From contig OZ219802.1 of assembly GCA_964291655.2 (NCBI GenBank), positions 2,272,001 to 2,336,000 of the forward strand: a stretch of 64,000 nt of DNA, given 5' to 3'. A model generated the notes under the pieces. It was not told where the DNA came from and searched no databases. It was given only the letters and a program-made list of their open reading frames with translations. Below are positions 30,003 through 38,729 of this stretch, piece by piece. How positions within the stretch are numbered: the stretch's first letter is position 1; every line of letters begins with the position of its first letter. This DNA is from Chloroflexota bacterium. GTDB taxonomy: Bacteria > Chloroflexota > UBA11872 > VXOZ01. A program made the translations under genes and the position numbers.

Positions 30003-31379
30003 TCAATCCTGCTCGGACTTTGCGGGCGACCCACGCACCCCCCGCACCCGCGCGGGCACGCCGTATGCCTTAGCCTGCGCAGGCACATCCCGTGTCACCA
30101 CGGAGCCTGCGCCTGTTAATGCATTGCTCCCAACCCGCACCGGCGCCACCAGCAATGTACCGCTACCGATGAATGCGCCGTCGCCAATCTCGGTTCTATG
30201 CTTGTCTGCGCCATCAAAGTTGCACGTGACTGTGCCGGCGCCGACATTCACATCGTTTCCGACTACAGTATCACCTAAGTAGCCCACATGGTGAATCTTG
30301 GCGCCAGAACTTACCTGTGTGTTCTTGAGTTCGGCGTAGTTTCCAATCTCCACGTCGTCTGCCACGACGGTCCCCGGCCGCAAGTGTGCGAATGGGCCAA
30401 TGCGCACGTTCTCACCGACCTCCGCGCCCTCAAGTACCGATTCCATTACCGTAACATTTGACGCAAGCCGCGTGTCATGCAGCCGTGTGCCCGAGCCAAT
30501 CGTACAGTTGTCTCCCACCGCTGTGTTGCCGTACAGGTAGCAGTTCGGCCACAGCGTAACATCTCGACCGAACGTCACCGTGTCATCGAGCCACACCGTC
30601 GCCGGGTCGACGAGGGTGACGCCGCCTTGCAATGCCCGCCCGCGTACTCGCTCACGCAGCGTGCTCTCCGCCAGCGCCAAGTCTGCGCGATCCTCTACTT
30701 GAAGCAGTTCGACATCGGCGCCCGCGTGTCGCACCGTCGCAATCTTGGCAGCTTCGGCAAGCGCAAACGCGGCAAGCGACACGAGACACTCTTCCTGCCC
30801 CGGGGCGGCATCTCGGTGTTCCCAAAGCCACTCGCGTGAAAAACACATAACACCGGTGCTAAAGGATTCCACCGGCGAGCCCGCCGGAGTCGTGTCGTTC
30901 TCGGTCAGGATGCACTCGATCCGTCCGGCAGAGTCACGGACGATGCTGGCGCAATGCGGGGAGCCTGCATGGTGAGAAGTGAGCAGCACTAGCGGACAAG
31001 AAGTCTCATGCTGGCGCTGCATGAGACGAGACATAGTTTTCTGGGAGAGCAGCGGCATCGTGCCGGCGACAATCAAGACCGTACTGACGGTTTCCGGTAC
31101 CGCGGCAACCATTGTGTCAAGCCAGCTACCATCATCCTGGTAATGGCATGCGGTTGCAAAACCTACGTAGTCCTGCAATTGGGCAGTCTTTGCGGTGCAA
31201 GCGATGACCAGGGGCGAACAGCCGATGCTTTGAGCGGTATGCGTGGGATAGACCGCCATGGGCCGACCCGCCAGCGGATGCAAGACCGTAGCGCGTTGAG
31301 ACCGCATCCGCCCAGTCCGGCCGGTGGCCAAGATGATGGCGGCAGTAGATTGATGGGGGTCTGGGTCGCTCTCTGTCAT
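30003..31379 (-). CDS. glmU: GlmU homolog; acetyltransferase domain intact, uridyltransferase domain divergent
   Basis: IGPFAHLRPGT, GNYAELK, HVGYLGD, GAGTVTCNFDG. Confidence 0.85.
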   Translation of the reverse strand: MTESDPDPHQSTAAIILATGRTGRMRSQRATVLHPLAGRPMAVYPTHTAQSIGCSPLVIACTAKTAQLQDYVGFATACHYQDDGSWLDTMVAAVPETVSTVLIVAGTMPLLSQKTMSRLMQRQHETSCPLVLLTSHHAGSPHCASIVRDSAGRIECILTENDTTPAGSPVESFSTGVMCFSREWLWEHRDAAPGQEECLVSLAAFALAEAAKIATVRHAGADVELLQVEDRADLALAESTLRERVRGRALQGGVTLVDPATVWLDDTVTFGRDVTLWPNCYLYGNTAVGDNCTIGSGTRLHDTRLASNVTVMESVLEGAEVGENVRIGPFAHLRPGTVVADDVEIGNYAELKNTQVSSGAKIHHVGYLGDTVVGNDVNVGAGTVTCNFDGADKHRTEIGDGAFIGSGTLLVAPVRVGSNALTGAGSVVTRDVPAQAKAYGVPARVRGVRGSPAKSEQD

Positions 31380-31530
31380 GGGCTACTAGGCAGAGCAGTC
31401 CAAGCAACGGCATTGCGTGCCAACTCAGTATTGCTGAGCGTTCCTGACAACCTTTGGAACGCAGTCCGCCGTCCTACGGACGAAGTCTGCCTACACCCTT
31501 CCTCCTTGTGCGCCGCTCGCATTCCCGCGG

Positions 31531-31602
31531 CTGGGGCGGTAGGATTCGAACCTACGAATGCGGGCTCCAAAGGCCCGTGCCTTACCGCTTGGCGACGCCC
31601 CA
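31531..31602 (-). tRNA. tRNA-Gln (TTG), CCA not encoded
   Basis: TGGGGCGTCGCCAAGCGGTAAGGCACGGGCCTTTGGAGCCCGCATTCGTAGGTTCGAATCCTACCGCCCCAG, followed by CCG. Confidence 0.96.
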
Positions 31603-31610
31603 CCTGATTC

Positions 31611-31639
31611 ATCATATCCGCGCCCCCAGGGAGCGTCAA
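31611..31639 (-). promoter_or_regulatory. sigma70-type promoter of tRNA-Gln (and possibly glmU)
   Basis: TTGACG-17 nt-TATGAT on the minus strand. Confidence 0.8.
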
Positions 31640-31780
31640 GTACATCAAAAGGGCCGCACTCCGGCCGTGCCGGGACCTACTTACCTCCGAGCCTTACACT
31701 CTACAATTTCGCTCGATTCCAACGCTGTCGAAGAAGAGAACGCTTCAGATGGCAGAGTGGGTAAATGCCATTTTCTACTG

Positions 31781-33607
31781 TTACGCTCTTGCCAGGGACT
31801 TCGCCTCTTGCACCATGTCGTGGATGATGTCCAGGCCGCCGTGCCAGAAGGCGGGATCGGCCGTATCGATGTTGGCGCGTTGCATGAGCTGGGCGGGAGA
31901 TTCGCTGCCGCCAGCCGCCAGCATGCCGCGATACACCTCAACAAAAGGCGCGCCCTGCTGCTGATAGGCGCGGTAGAGCGAGAGCGAGAGCAGTTCGCCG
32001 AAGGGGTAGGCATAGACGTAGAACGGCACGTGGATGAAGTGCGGAATATACGCCCACCAATGGCGGTAGTTTTCCGTCATCACCACCGAATCGCCGAACA
32101 TGGCTGACTGCTGTTCCAGCCAGATCTCCCCGATGGTTTCCGTCGTAAGTTCGCCTTCGCTGCGGCGGCGCGTGTGCAGCCCATACTCGAACTGGTGCAT
32201 CGCCGCCTGGCGAAAGACCGTGGCAAACGAATCCTCGATCTTCTGCGCCAGCAGCGTCAAGCGGACGCGAGGATCCTCGGTGCGCTCCATGAGCGCGTGG
32301 AACGTGAGCATCTCCCCGAACGTACTCGCGAGCTCCGCTATAACCAGAGACGTATCGAATTCAAGATACGACTGTTGGCGGGAGAGGCGAGCATGGATGC
32401 CGTGGCCGAGTTCGTGGGCCAGGGTCATCACGTCGCGCTGGTTGCCTGTGTAGTTCAGGAAGACGTACGGGTGCAGGCTGGGCAGGCAGGGCTGGCAGTA
32501 AGCGCCACCCCGTTTGTTGGGCAAAACGGCGGCATCGATCCACTGCTTCTCGAAGAATTCTCCGGCCAATTTGCCCACCTCAGGGGAGAAGGCGTGGTAG
32601 GCATCCAGCACCAGCGACTTGGCCTCGGCGAAGTCGACGCCGCCGTCCGGCGGGGGGAATACCGGCGCGTAGCGATCGTAGTCGTAGAGTTTGCGGTAGC
32701 CGAGCATGCGGCGCTTGAGGGTGTAGTAGTCTGCGACGATGTCGTAGCGTTGCGTCACCGCGTCAAGCATGGCGTGGGCGGTGGCATCGTCAACCTCGTT
32801 CGCTAGATTGCGCGACGACATCGGATCAGGGAATTCCCGCAGGCGGTCCTCGATGGCTTTCTCTTGCGCCGCCACGTTGAAGATGAAGGTCAGGATGTGG
32901 GCGTCGCCTTGGAGCGCCTTCGTCATGGCAACCTGAGCGCGCCGCCGCACATTGCGGTCACCATGGTAGAGCAGCGCCAGCAGTTCGGTCTCGTTCATCT
33001 CTTTGCGCTCGCCGTCCAGCGTTATCGTCTGGCGCAAGCGGCTGGTGCGTTCGTCGAAGAGCCGTTGGAATGCGCTGATGCCGGTGAGCCGCTTCTCGGC
33101 ATCGAGCTTCTCCTCGGCTTCCGTGAGTGTATGTGGCGCAAAGACCCGCTCGTGTGCCAGCGAGTGCGCGTAGCGCGCGAGCGGCGGATGCGCCAGAATA
33201 CGTTCGGCAAAGCCATCGTCCGCCTGCCGCCACTCCACGTCGAAGAAGAGCAGCGTGTTCTGCACCGCGGTGACCTGTTCCTCCGTGCGCTGCAGCAAGG
33301 CCCCGTGCGCCGGGTCGGCCGTATCCACCGAGAAGACCAGATGCGCGAACATTGTGGCCTTGTGGCCGCCCATGAATATCCGCTCGATCTCTTCAACCGC
33401 CGCCAAGAACTCGTCCGGCGCAATGTCTCCTGAGGCAATGCGACCTTTGAAGCGTGCCTGGAACGCCTCAGCCTGCGCCAACGCCGCTTTGAAATCCGAC
33501 TCTATCGCGGGATCATCCGGCGCGGCGTAGAGGTCCGCCAGATCCCAACGCACAGACTCCGCGCCGGATTCATGTGACTCAGACGTCACCGATTGTGTTT
33601 CAGCCAC
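31781..33607 (-). CDS. M3 family oligoendopeptidase F
   Basis: WDLADLY, KRGGAYC, TLAHELGH, AELASTFGE, PHFIHVPFYVYAY. Confidence 0.93.
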   Translation of the reverse strand: MAETQSVTSESHESGAESVRWDLADLYAAPDDPAIESDFKAALAQAEAFQARFKGRIASGDIAPDEFLAAVEEIERIFMGGHKATMFAHLVFSVDTADPAHGALLQRTEEQVTAVQNTLLFFDVEWRQADDGFAERILAHPPLARYAHSLAHERVFAPHTLTEAEEKLDAEKRLTGISAFQRLFDERTSRLRQTITLDGERKEMNETELLALLYHGDRNVRRRAQVAMTKALQGDAHILTFIFNVAAQEKAIEDRLREFPDPMSSRNLANEVDDATAHAMLDAVTQRYDIVADYYTLKRRMLGYRKLYDYDRYAPVFPPPDGGVDFAEAKSLVLDAYHAFSPEVGKLAGEFFEKQWIDAAVLPNKRGGAYCQPCLPSLHPYVFLNYTGNQRDVMTLAHELGHGIHARLSRQQSYLEFDTSLVIAELASTFGEMLTFHALMERTEDPRVRLTLLAQKIEDSFATVFRQAAMHQFEYGLHTRRRSEGELTTETIGEIWLEQQSAMFGDSVVMTENYRHWWAYIPHFIHVPFYVYAYPFGELLSLSLYRAYQQQGAPFVEVYRGMLAAGGSESPAQLMQRANIDTADPAFWHGGLDIIHDMVQEAKSLARA

Positions 33608-33660
33608 TCTTAAATTGCTCCTATTGAATTGGATTTCACATTGCCACTAGTCAAACGACT

Positions 33661-35451
33661 CTACACCTTCAGCAGCGCCAGGAACGCCTCTTGCGGTATC
33701 TCCACCTGGCCGACCCGTTTCATGCGCTTCTTGCCCTCTTTCTGTCTTTCCAGCAGTTTGCGCTTGCGCGTGACGTCGCCGCCGTAGCACTTAGCGAGCA
33801 CGTTCTTGCGCAGCGCCGGAATCGTCTCCCGGCTGATGATGCGGCCGCTGATGGCGGCCTGCAAGGGCACCTCGAAGAGCTGGCGCGGGATTTGCCGGCG
33901 CAGTTCCATTACCAGTGCCCGTCCCACCTGTTGCGAGCGTTCGCGGGGGATGATGCTCGAGAGCGCGTCCACGGGCTGGCCGTTCACGAGGATTTCCAGC
34001 TTCACCAGGTCGCCGGGCCGCATGCCGGTTACGGTGTAGTCCATGCTGGCGTAGCCCTGGGTGCGGGTCTTCAGTTGGTCGTAGAAGTCGGTGAGAATTT
34101 CCGCGAACGGCACCTCGTAGCGCAGGATCGCGCGCCGTTCGTCCAGGTACTCAAGCTCCTTGAAGGCGCCGCGACGGTTCTCGCACAGTTCCATGATGGC
34201 GCCGATGTAACCGGCGGGCGTGATGAGACTGAGCTCAACCCAGGGCTCCTCGATGCGGTCGAGTTCCGATGGTTCGGGTAGCCGCGCCGGGGTATCCACC
34301 TCCACACTCTTACCGGCAGTCGTGACCGCCCGGTATTCGGTATTGGGCAGCGTGGTGAGGATTTCCAGGCCGTATTCGCGCTCCAGCCGCTGTTGCACGA
34401 TGTCCAAGTGCAGCAACCCTAAACAGCCGCAGCGAAAGCCGAAACCCAGCGCCGGGCTGGTCTCCGGCACAAACGTCAGCGCCGCGTCATTGAGCTTGAG
34501 CTTTTCCAACGCATTGCGCAGTGGCTCGTAGTCCTCGCTTTCCACCGGATAGAATCCCGCGAATACCATCGGCTTTGCCGGTTGATAGCCGGGGAGCGGC
34601 TGTGCCGCGGCCGCAGACGCCGCCGTGATTGTATCGCCAACCTGGCACTCCCGCAGCGTCTTGAGGCCGCTCGCAACGTAGCCCACCTCGCCGGTGGCAA
34701 GGCGCGTCTCCTTGACGAGCTGCGGCCGAAAGGTGCCGATCTCCATGGCTTCGGAGCGCGCCCCGGACTGCATCAGCAGTATCTCCTGGCCTGCCTCCAC
34801 GGCGCCTTCCACCACGCGCACGTAAGCGACAACCCCTTTGTGCAGATCATAGTGAGAGTCGAAAATCAGCGCGCGGGTAGCCGCCTCCTCAGCACCGGAC
34901 GGCGGCCCGATGCGCTCCACGATTGCTGCGAGCACTTCGTCGGTGCCCAGACCGGTCTTGGCGGACGCATAGATCATCTCTTCCCGCGTGAAGCCGAGAT
35001 TCTCCAATTCTGCCGCCACCATCTCGGGCTGGGCGCTGGGGAGATCGATCTTATTGATCACCGGGACGATGGCGAGGTCGTGATTGAGCGCTTGGTATAG
35101 ATTCGTTAGTGTTTGCGCCTCAATGCCCTGTGAGGCGTCGACAACGAGCAGCGCGCCTTCGCACGCCACCAGCGCCCGCGACACCTCGTAGGCAAAGTCC
35201 ACGTGCCCCGGCGTGTCGATCAGGTTGAGTTCGTACGTGGGGCTATTTTCTTCCGCATAGAGCATGCGCACGGCTTTGGCCTTGATCGTAATACCGCGCT
35301 CGCGCTCCAGCTCCATGGAGTCGAGCGCCTGCTCCACCACCTTGCGTGTGTCGATAGCACCGGTCTTCTCCAAGAGCCGGTCCGCCAGGGTGGACTTGCC
35401 ATGGTCGATGTGCGCGATGATGCAGAAGTTGCGTATGTACTGCTGATTCAC
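33661..35451 (-). CDS. lepA: translation elongation factor 4
   Basis: IRNFCIIAHIDHGKSTLADR, KCYGGDVTRKRKLL. Confidence 0.98.
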   Translation of the reverse strand: MNQQYIRNFCIIAHIDHGKSTLADRLLEKTGAIDTRKVVEQALDSMELERERGITIKAKAVRMLYAEENSPTYELNLIDTPGHVDFAYEVSRALVACEGALLVVDASQGIEAQTLTNLYQALNHDLAIVPVINKIDLPSAQPEMVAAELENLGFTREEMIYASAKTGLGTDEVLAAIVERIGPPSGAEEAATRALIFDSHYDLHKGVVAYVRVVEGAVEAGQEILLMQSGARSEAMEIGTFRPQLVKETRLATGEVGYVASGLKTLRECQVGDTITAASAAAAQPLPGYQPAKPMVFAGFYPVESEDYEPLRNALEKLKLNDAALTFVPETSPALGFGFRCGCLGLLHLDIVQQRLEREYGLEILTTLPNTEYRAVTTAGKSVEVDTPARLPEPSELDRIEEPWVELSLITPAGYIGAIMELCENRRGAFKELEYLDERRAILRYEVPFAEILTDFYDQLKTRTQGYASMDYTVTGMRPGDLVKLEILVNGQPVDALSSIIPRERSQQVGRALVMELRRQIPRQLFEVPLQAAISGRIISRETIPALRKNVLAKCYGGDVTRKRKLLERQKEGKKRMKRVGQVEIPQEAFLALLKV

Positions 35452-35783
35452 TAAATGCGTGCTCGTCGTTATGCCATATACGGTTGGATTTCGGTTACAA
35501 ACGGGGCCCCAAGAGCCTGGTCTCCGCCGGTTCAGTGCTGCTTGAACGCGTGAGACCGCTCAGGTGCCATCGTTCATTGTATCAAATGACGAATTGAGAC
35601 CATCAAGCGATCCCGCCGCGGTGGCTGCCCGCCTGGTATCCGATCGCTATTGCCACGATGTGCGAAATGTTGCTCTCTTACCTGGGGCGCAAAAGTAATA
35701 TGGGCATATTTAGAACGTGCGCCGTGCAAGAGCGTATCGGGGGGCTTTGTGCCCACTGGGAGGCTGTAGGCGATAAGGCAGCG

Positions 35784-36851
35784 CTATCCTACGCTCCTGC
35801 TTGCCGTCGGTACCGCTGCACCATGCAGCAGATCGCGCTGGATGAGCAATTCGGCTGTGCGCACCGCATTGGTGGCTGCACCGCAACGGAGGTTATCGGC
35901 CACTATCCACATGGCCACGCCGTTCTCGTGGGAAACGTCGCTGCGGATGCGGCCAACGAGTACGTCGTCAGTGCCGGCTGCGTCGGTGGCAACCGGGTAA
36001 AGCCCTTGGCTAGGATCATCCACCACGCGCACGTCCGGTGTCCCTGACAGCACGTCGCGTACCTCAGCGGCCGTCATGGGTCGGGTGAGCTCCAGGTGCA
36101 CTGCCTCAGAGTGGCTGACCGCCACCGGAACGCGAACCGCGGTGCACGTAATCTTCATCTCCGGTTCGTGCATGATCCTGCGGGTCTCGTGCATGACCTT
36201 CCACTCTTCCTTGGTATAGCCGTCGTCGAGAAATGAATCGACTTCAGGCAGCACGTTACCCAGAATGTCGTGGCGGAAGATTTCCCGCGGCAGACTATCG
36301 CCATTGCCGGCGGCCTTGGCCTTGATTTGCTCATCCAACTCCACCACGGCATCACGGCCCCAGCCGGATACGGCCTGATAGGTATCGACCACCATGCGCC
36401 GGATGGGATTTACCTGATGAATAGGGTTGATGGCAATGACAAGCTGCATGGTGGTGCAGTTCGGCCCGGCGACAATGCCGTTGTGCCATGCCAGGTCGTC
36501 GTCGTTCACGCCCGCGATGACCAAAGGCACGTCGGGGTCCATGCGAAACGCGGAGGAATCGTCGATCACGGTTACGCCTGCGCGGGCAGCGATTGGCGAA
36601 AAGTGCCGGTTCGCGCCGGTGGCGGCGGAGGCGAAGAGGATATCCAGGTCGTCAAAAGAGTCCTCTGTGGTCTCTACTACGCCGATCTCCTTGCCGGCAA
36701 AGGCAACTGTCTTGCCTTTCGAGTTCGCCGAGGCGAGCGGGCGCAACTCCTTCACAGGGAATGCCCGCTCTTCAAGAATGTCGAGCAAGAGACGCCCCAC
36801 CACACCGGTGGCGCCAAGAACACCTACGTTGTAACCGTCGCTGTTTGCCAT
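35784..36851 (-). CDS. asd: aspartate-semialdehyde dehydrogenase
   Basis: GATGVVG, SSAFRM, PNCTT, TYQAVSG, VRVPV, ADNLR.GAA. Confidence 0.95.
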   Translation of the reverse strand: MANSDGYNVGVLGATGVVGRLLLDILEERAFPVKELRPLASANSKGKTVAFAGKEIGVVETTEDSFDDLDILFASAATGANRHFSPIAARAGVTVIDDSSAFRMDPDVPLVIAGVNDDDLAWHNGIVAGPNCTTMQLVIAINPIHQVNPIRRMVVDTYQAVSGWGRDAVVELDEQIKAKAAGNGDSLPREIFRHDILGNVLPEVDSFLDDGYTKEEWKVMHETRRIMHEPEMKITCTAVRVPVAVSHSEAVHLELTRPMTAAEVRDVLSGTPDVRVVDDPSQGLYPVATDAAGTDDVLVGRIRSDVSHENGVAMWIVADNLRCGAATNAVRTAELLIQRDLLHGAAVPTASRSVG

Positions 36852-37094
36852 GCCTTTGTCCTACGTCCTACTAACCGTTACTCGTTTCTGCCCAATTGGA
36901 TGACCCTCTTTCCATGATACCAATAGAGGGTAGAATTCGCGCGGCTTTCGGTTTGAACATGGTGAACTTGCCCAAGTCGCTGGCCCGTGAGGACGCGAAT
37001 GTGCAATTCGATTCTTATGGACGCTGCGCCGGGGTTTGCGCACAAGGAGATGCTTCCGCACACGAGATCACACGGTGAAGGCCAGCATCGACTG

Positions 37095-37709
37095 TTAGCC
37101 GCGATCTGGCGTTCGGAGCACGTCCTTGACTGCAAAGGAGCAGTCGGGGAACTGTATGGGATGAACGATATCCTGTGCTGAGTGATGCAGGCGCTGTCGG
37201 TAGTACGCCGCGCCCTCTACCGGAATCGTCGGCTCACGGTATATTTCGATCTGGTCTTCAACCAGATTTACAATCCAAAACTCAACAATTCCAGCCGCTG
37301 CATAGAGTGGTATCTTTAGCCGTCGATCTTCTTCAAGACTGGTAGCAGCAACCTCTATCACGAGGAAAACCTCAGATGGCACTGGGTGACGTTCAGAGTA
37401 CGTGTCCTCCCGCTTTTCAGCAAGGGCGAGATCGGGTTCCGGTTCGGAGTTGCTATCAGGCAACCGGAGAGGATGCTGTGCACGCACCTGCGTGTGGCTG
37501 CCAAGCGCACCGAAAAACAACCCAAGCAGGCGATCGATGACCGCCACGTGACGCGGCCCCTCAGGACTCATACTGTGAAGCACTCCTTGAACAAGCTCGA
37601 CGTGCTCATCTTCGGCAAAGAATCCCTGCTCAATCAGCCAGTGGTATTCGTCTAAGCTCAAGGGTCTTACCGTCATCTGGCTGACGGTTGGTTCAACAAG
37701 CGTCGCCAC
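37095..37709 (-). CDS. Uma2 family (PD-(D/E)xK) endonuclease-like protein
   Basis: VELVQG..MSP, SEPEPDL, LVIEVA, DRRLKIPLYAAAGIVEFWIVNL. Confidence 0.92.
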   Translation of the reverse strand: MATLVEPTVSQMTVRPLSLDEYHWLIEQGFFAEDEHVELVQGVLHSMSPEGPRHVAVIDRLLGLFFGALGSHTQVRAQHPLRLPDSNSEPEPDLALAEKREDTYSERHPVPSEVFLVIEVAATSLEEDRRLKIPLYAAAGIVEFWIVNLVEDQIEIYREPTIPVEGAAYYRQRLHHSAQDIVHPIQFPDCSFAVKDVLRTPDRG

Positions 37710-37860
37710 GTGTTCTCTCCTTACGATCCCCAGTTAGCGCCAACCTCTCACCTCAGCAGCAGACTACCTAAGCGGGCCTAGAGTCAGCGCCGGCTCTTGC
37801 ACATTCAAACGCAATTGCGGCTGAGGGAGGCCCAGGAAACATCCTGCTGTCAATGCAAGA

Positions 37861-37887
37861 GTAGCACAGGTTTACTACCTGTGCTAC
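37861..37887. repeat. GTAG-type REP palindrome
   Basis: GTAGCACAGGTTTACTACCTGTGCTAC; related GCAGGTTT..AACCTGCGCTAC at about 9210, 41580 and 44251. Confidence 0.7.
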
Positions 37888-37910
37888 GAAGAACGCATCC
37901 TGAGGTTTCC

Positions 37911-38723
37911 TTACGTCAGTCCCAGCAACGCGTCCAATCCGTGGGTAAGGCCTTTCAACTCCGGCACCGCGCGCACGGCCATGAGTACACCTGGCACAAA
38001 TGATTCGGTGCTCGTCGAGTCCTGGCGGATGGTGAGGGTCTGCCCCAGACCGCCGAACACGATCTGTTGATGCGCTACCATCCCCGGCAGCCGCACGGCA
38101 TGGACGTTTATGCCGCCGTGCACGCCGCCGCGTGTGCCAATGAGAGTCTCTTTCTCAGTCGGCACGGAGATGAAATCGCTGCCTCGCGCCTCCCGGATGT
38201 CAATGGCACTTTGCAGGGCCGTGCCGGAAGGGGCATCGATTTTGTGCTCGTGGTGATACTCCACGATGTCGCAGTAGTCCATGTGCTTGCCGATGAGCTT
38301 GCTGACATGCATCATGAGCACGGCGCTGAGGGCAAAGTTCGGCGCCACGACAAGCCCAACGTGGTTGGCTGCTGCCAACTCACCCAACTTCTCAATCTCG
38401 GAGATCTCCATGCCGGTGGTGCCGACCACGGCGTTGACACCGTGCTCGAGCGCCGTGCGCACGTTTACCCGCGCGGCATCCGCGCGGGTAAAATCTACAA
38501 TTACTTCAGGCTTAGCTCGCGCCAACATGGCCGGCATGTCCGTGTCGGTAGCGATAGTCTGACCGGAAGCGGTGGTAAGACCGTCATCCGCGGCGATGAC
38601 GTCCACGCCACCGACCAACGCAAGGTCGTCCTCGCGGGACACCGCGTTTGCAACGGTTGTCCCCACACGCCCGAAGATGCCGCACACGGCAACTCTTTGG
38701 GGCTCAGGACTCTTGGCTGCCAT
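37911..38723 (-). CDS. dapB: 4-hydroxy-tetrahydrodipicolinate reductase
   Basis: VDFT, VVGTTG, APNFALS, EYHHEHKIDAPSGTA, VRLPGMVAHQ. Confidence 0.95.
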   Translation of the reverse strand: MAAKSPEPQRVAVCGIFGRVGTTVANAVSREDDLALVGGVDVIAADDGLTTASGQTIATDTDMPAMLARAKPEVIVDFTRADAARVNVRTALEHGVNAVVGTTGMEISEIEKLGELAAANHVGLVVAPNFALSAVLMMHVSKLIGKHMDYCDIVEYHHEHKIDAPSGTALQSAIDIREARGSDFISVPTEKETLIGTRGGVHGGINVHAVRLPGMVAHQQIVFGGLGQTLTIRQDSTSTESFVPGVLMAVRAVPELKGLTHGLDALLGLT

Positions 38724-38729
38724 GACTCT

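Noticed and set aside
36852-37094. Lysine riboswitch upstream of asd
   Set aside because: No recognisable L-box motifs or terminator are visible.
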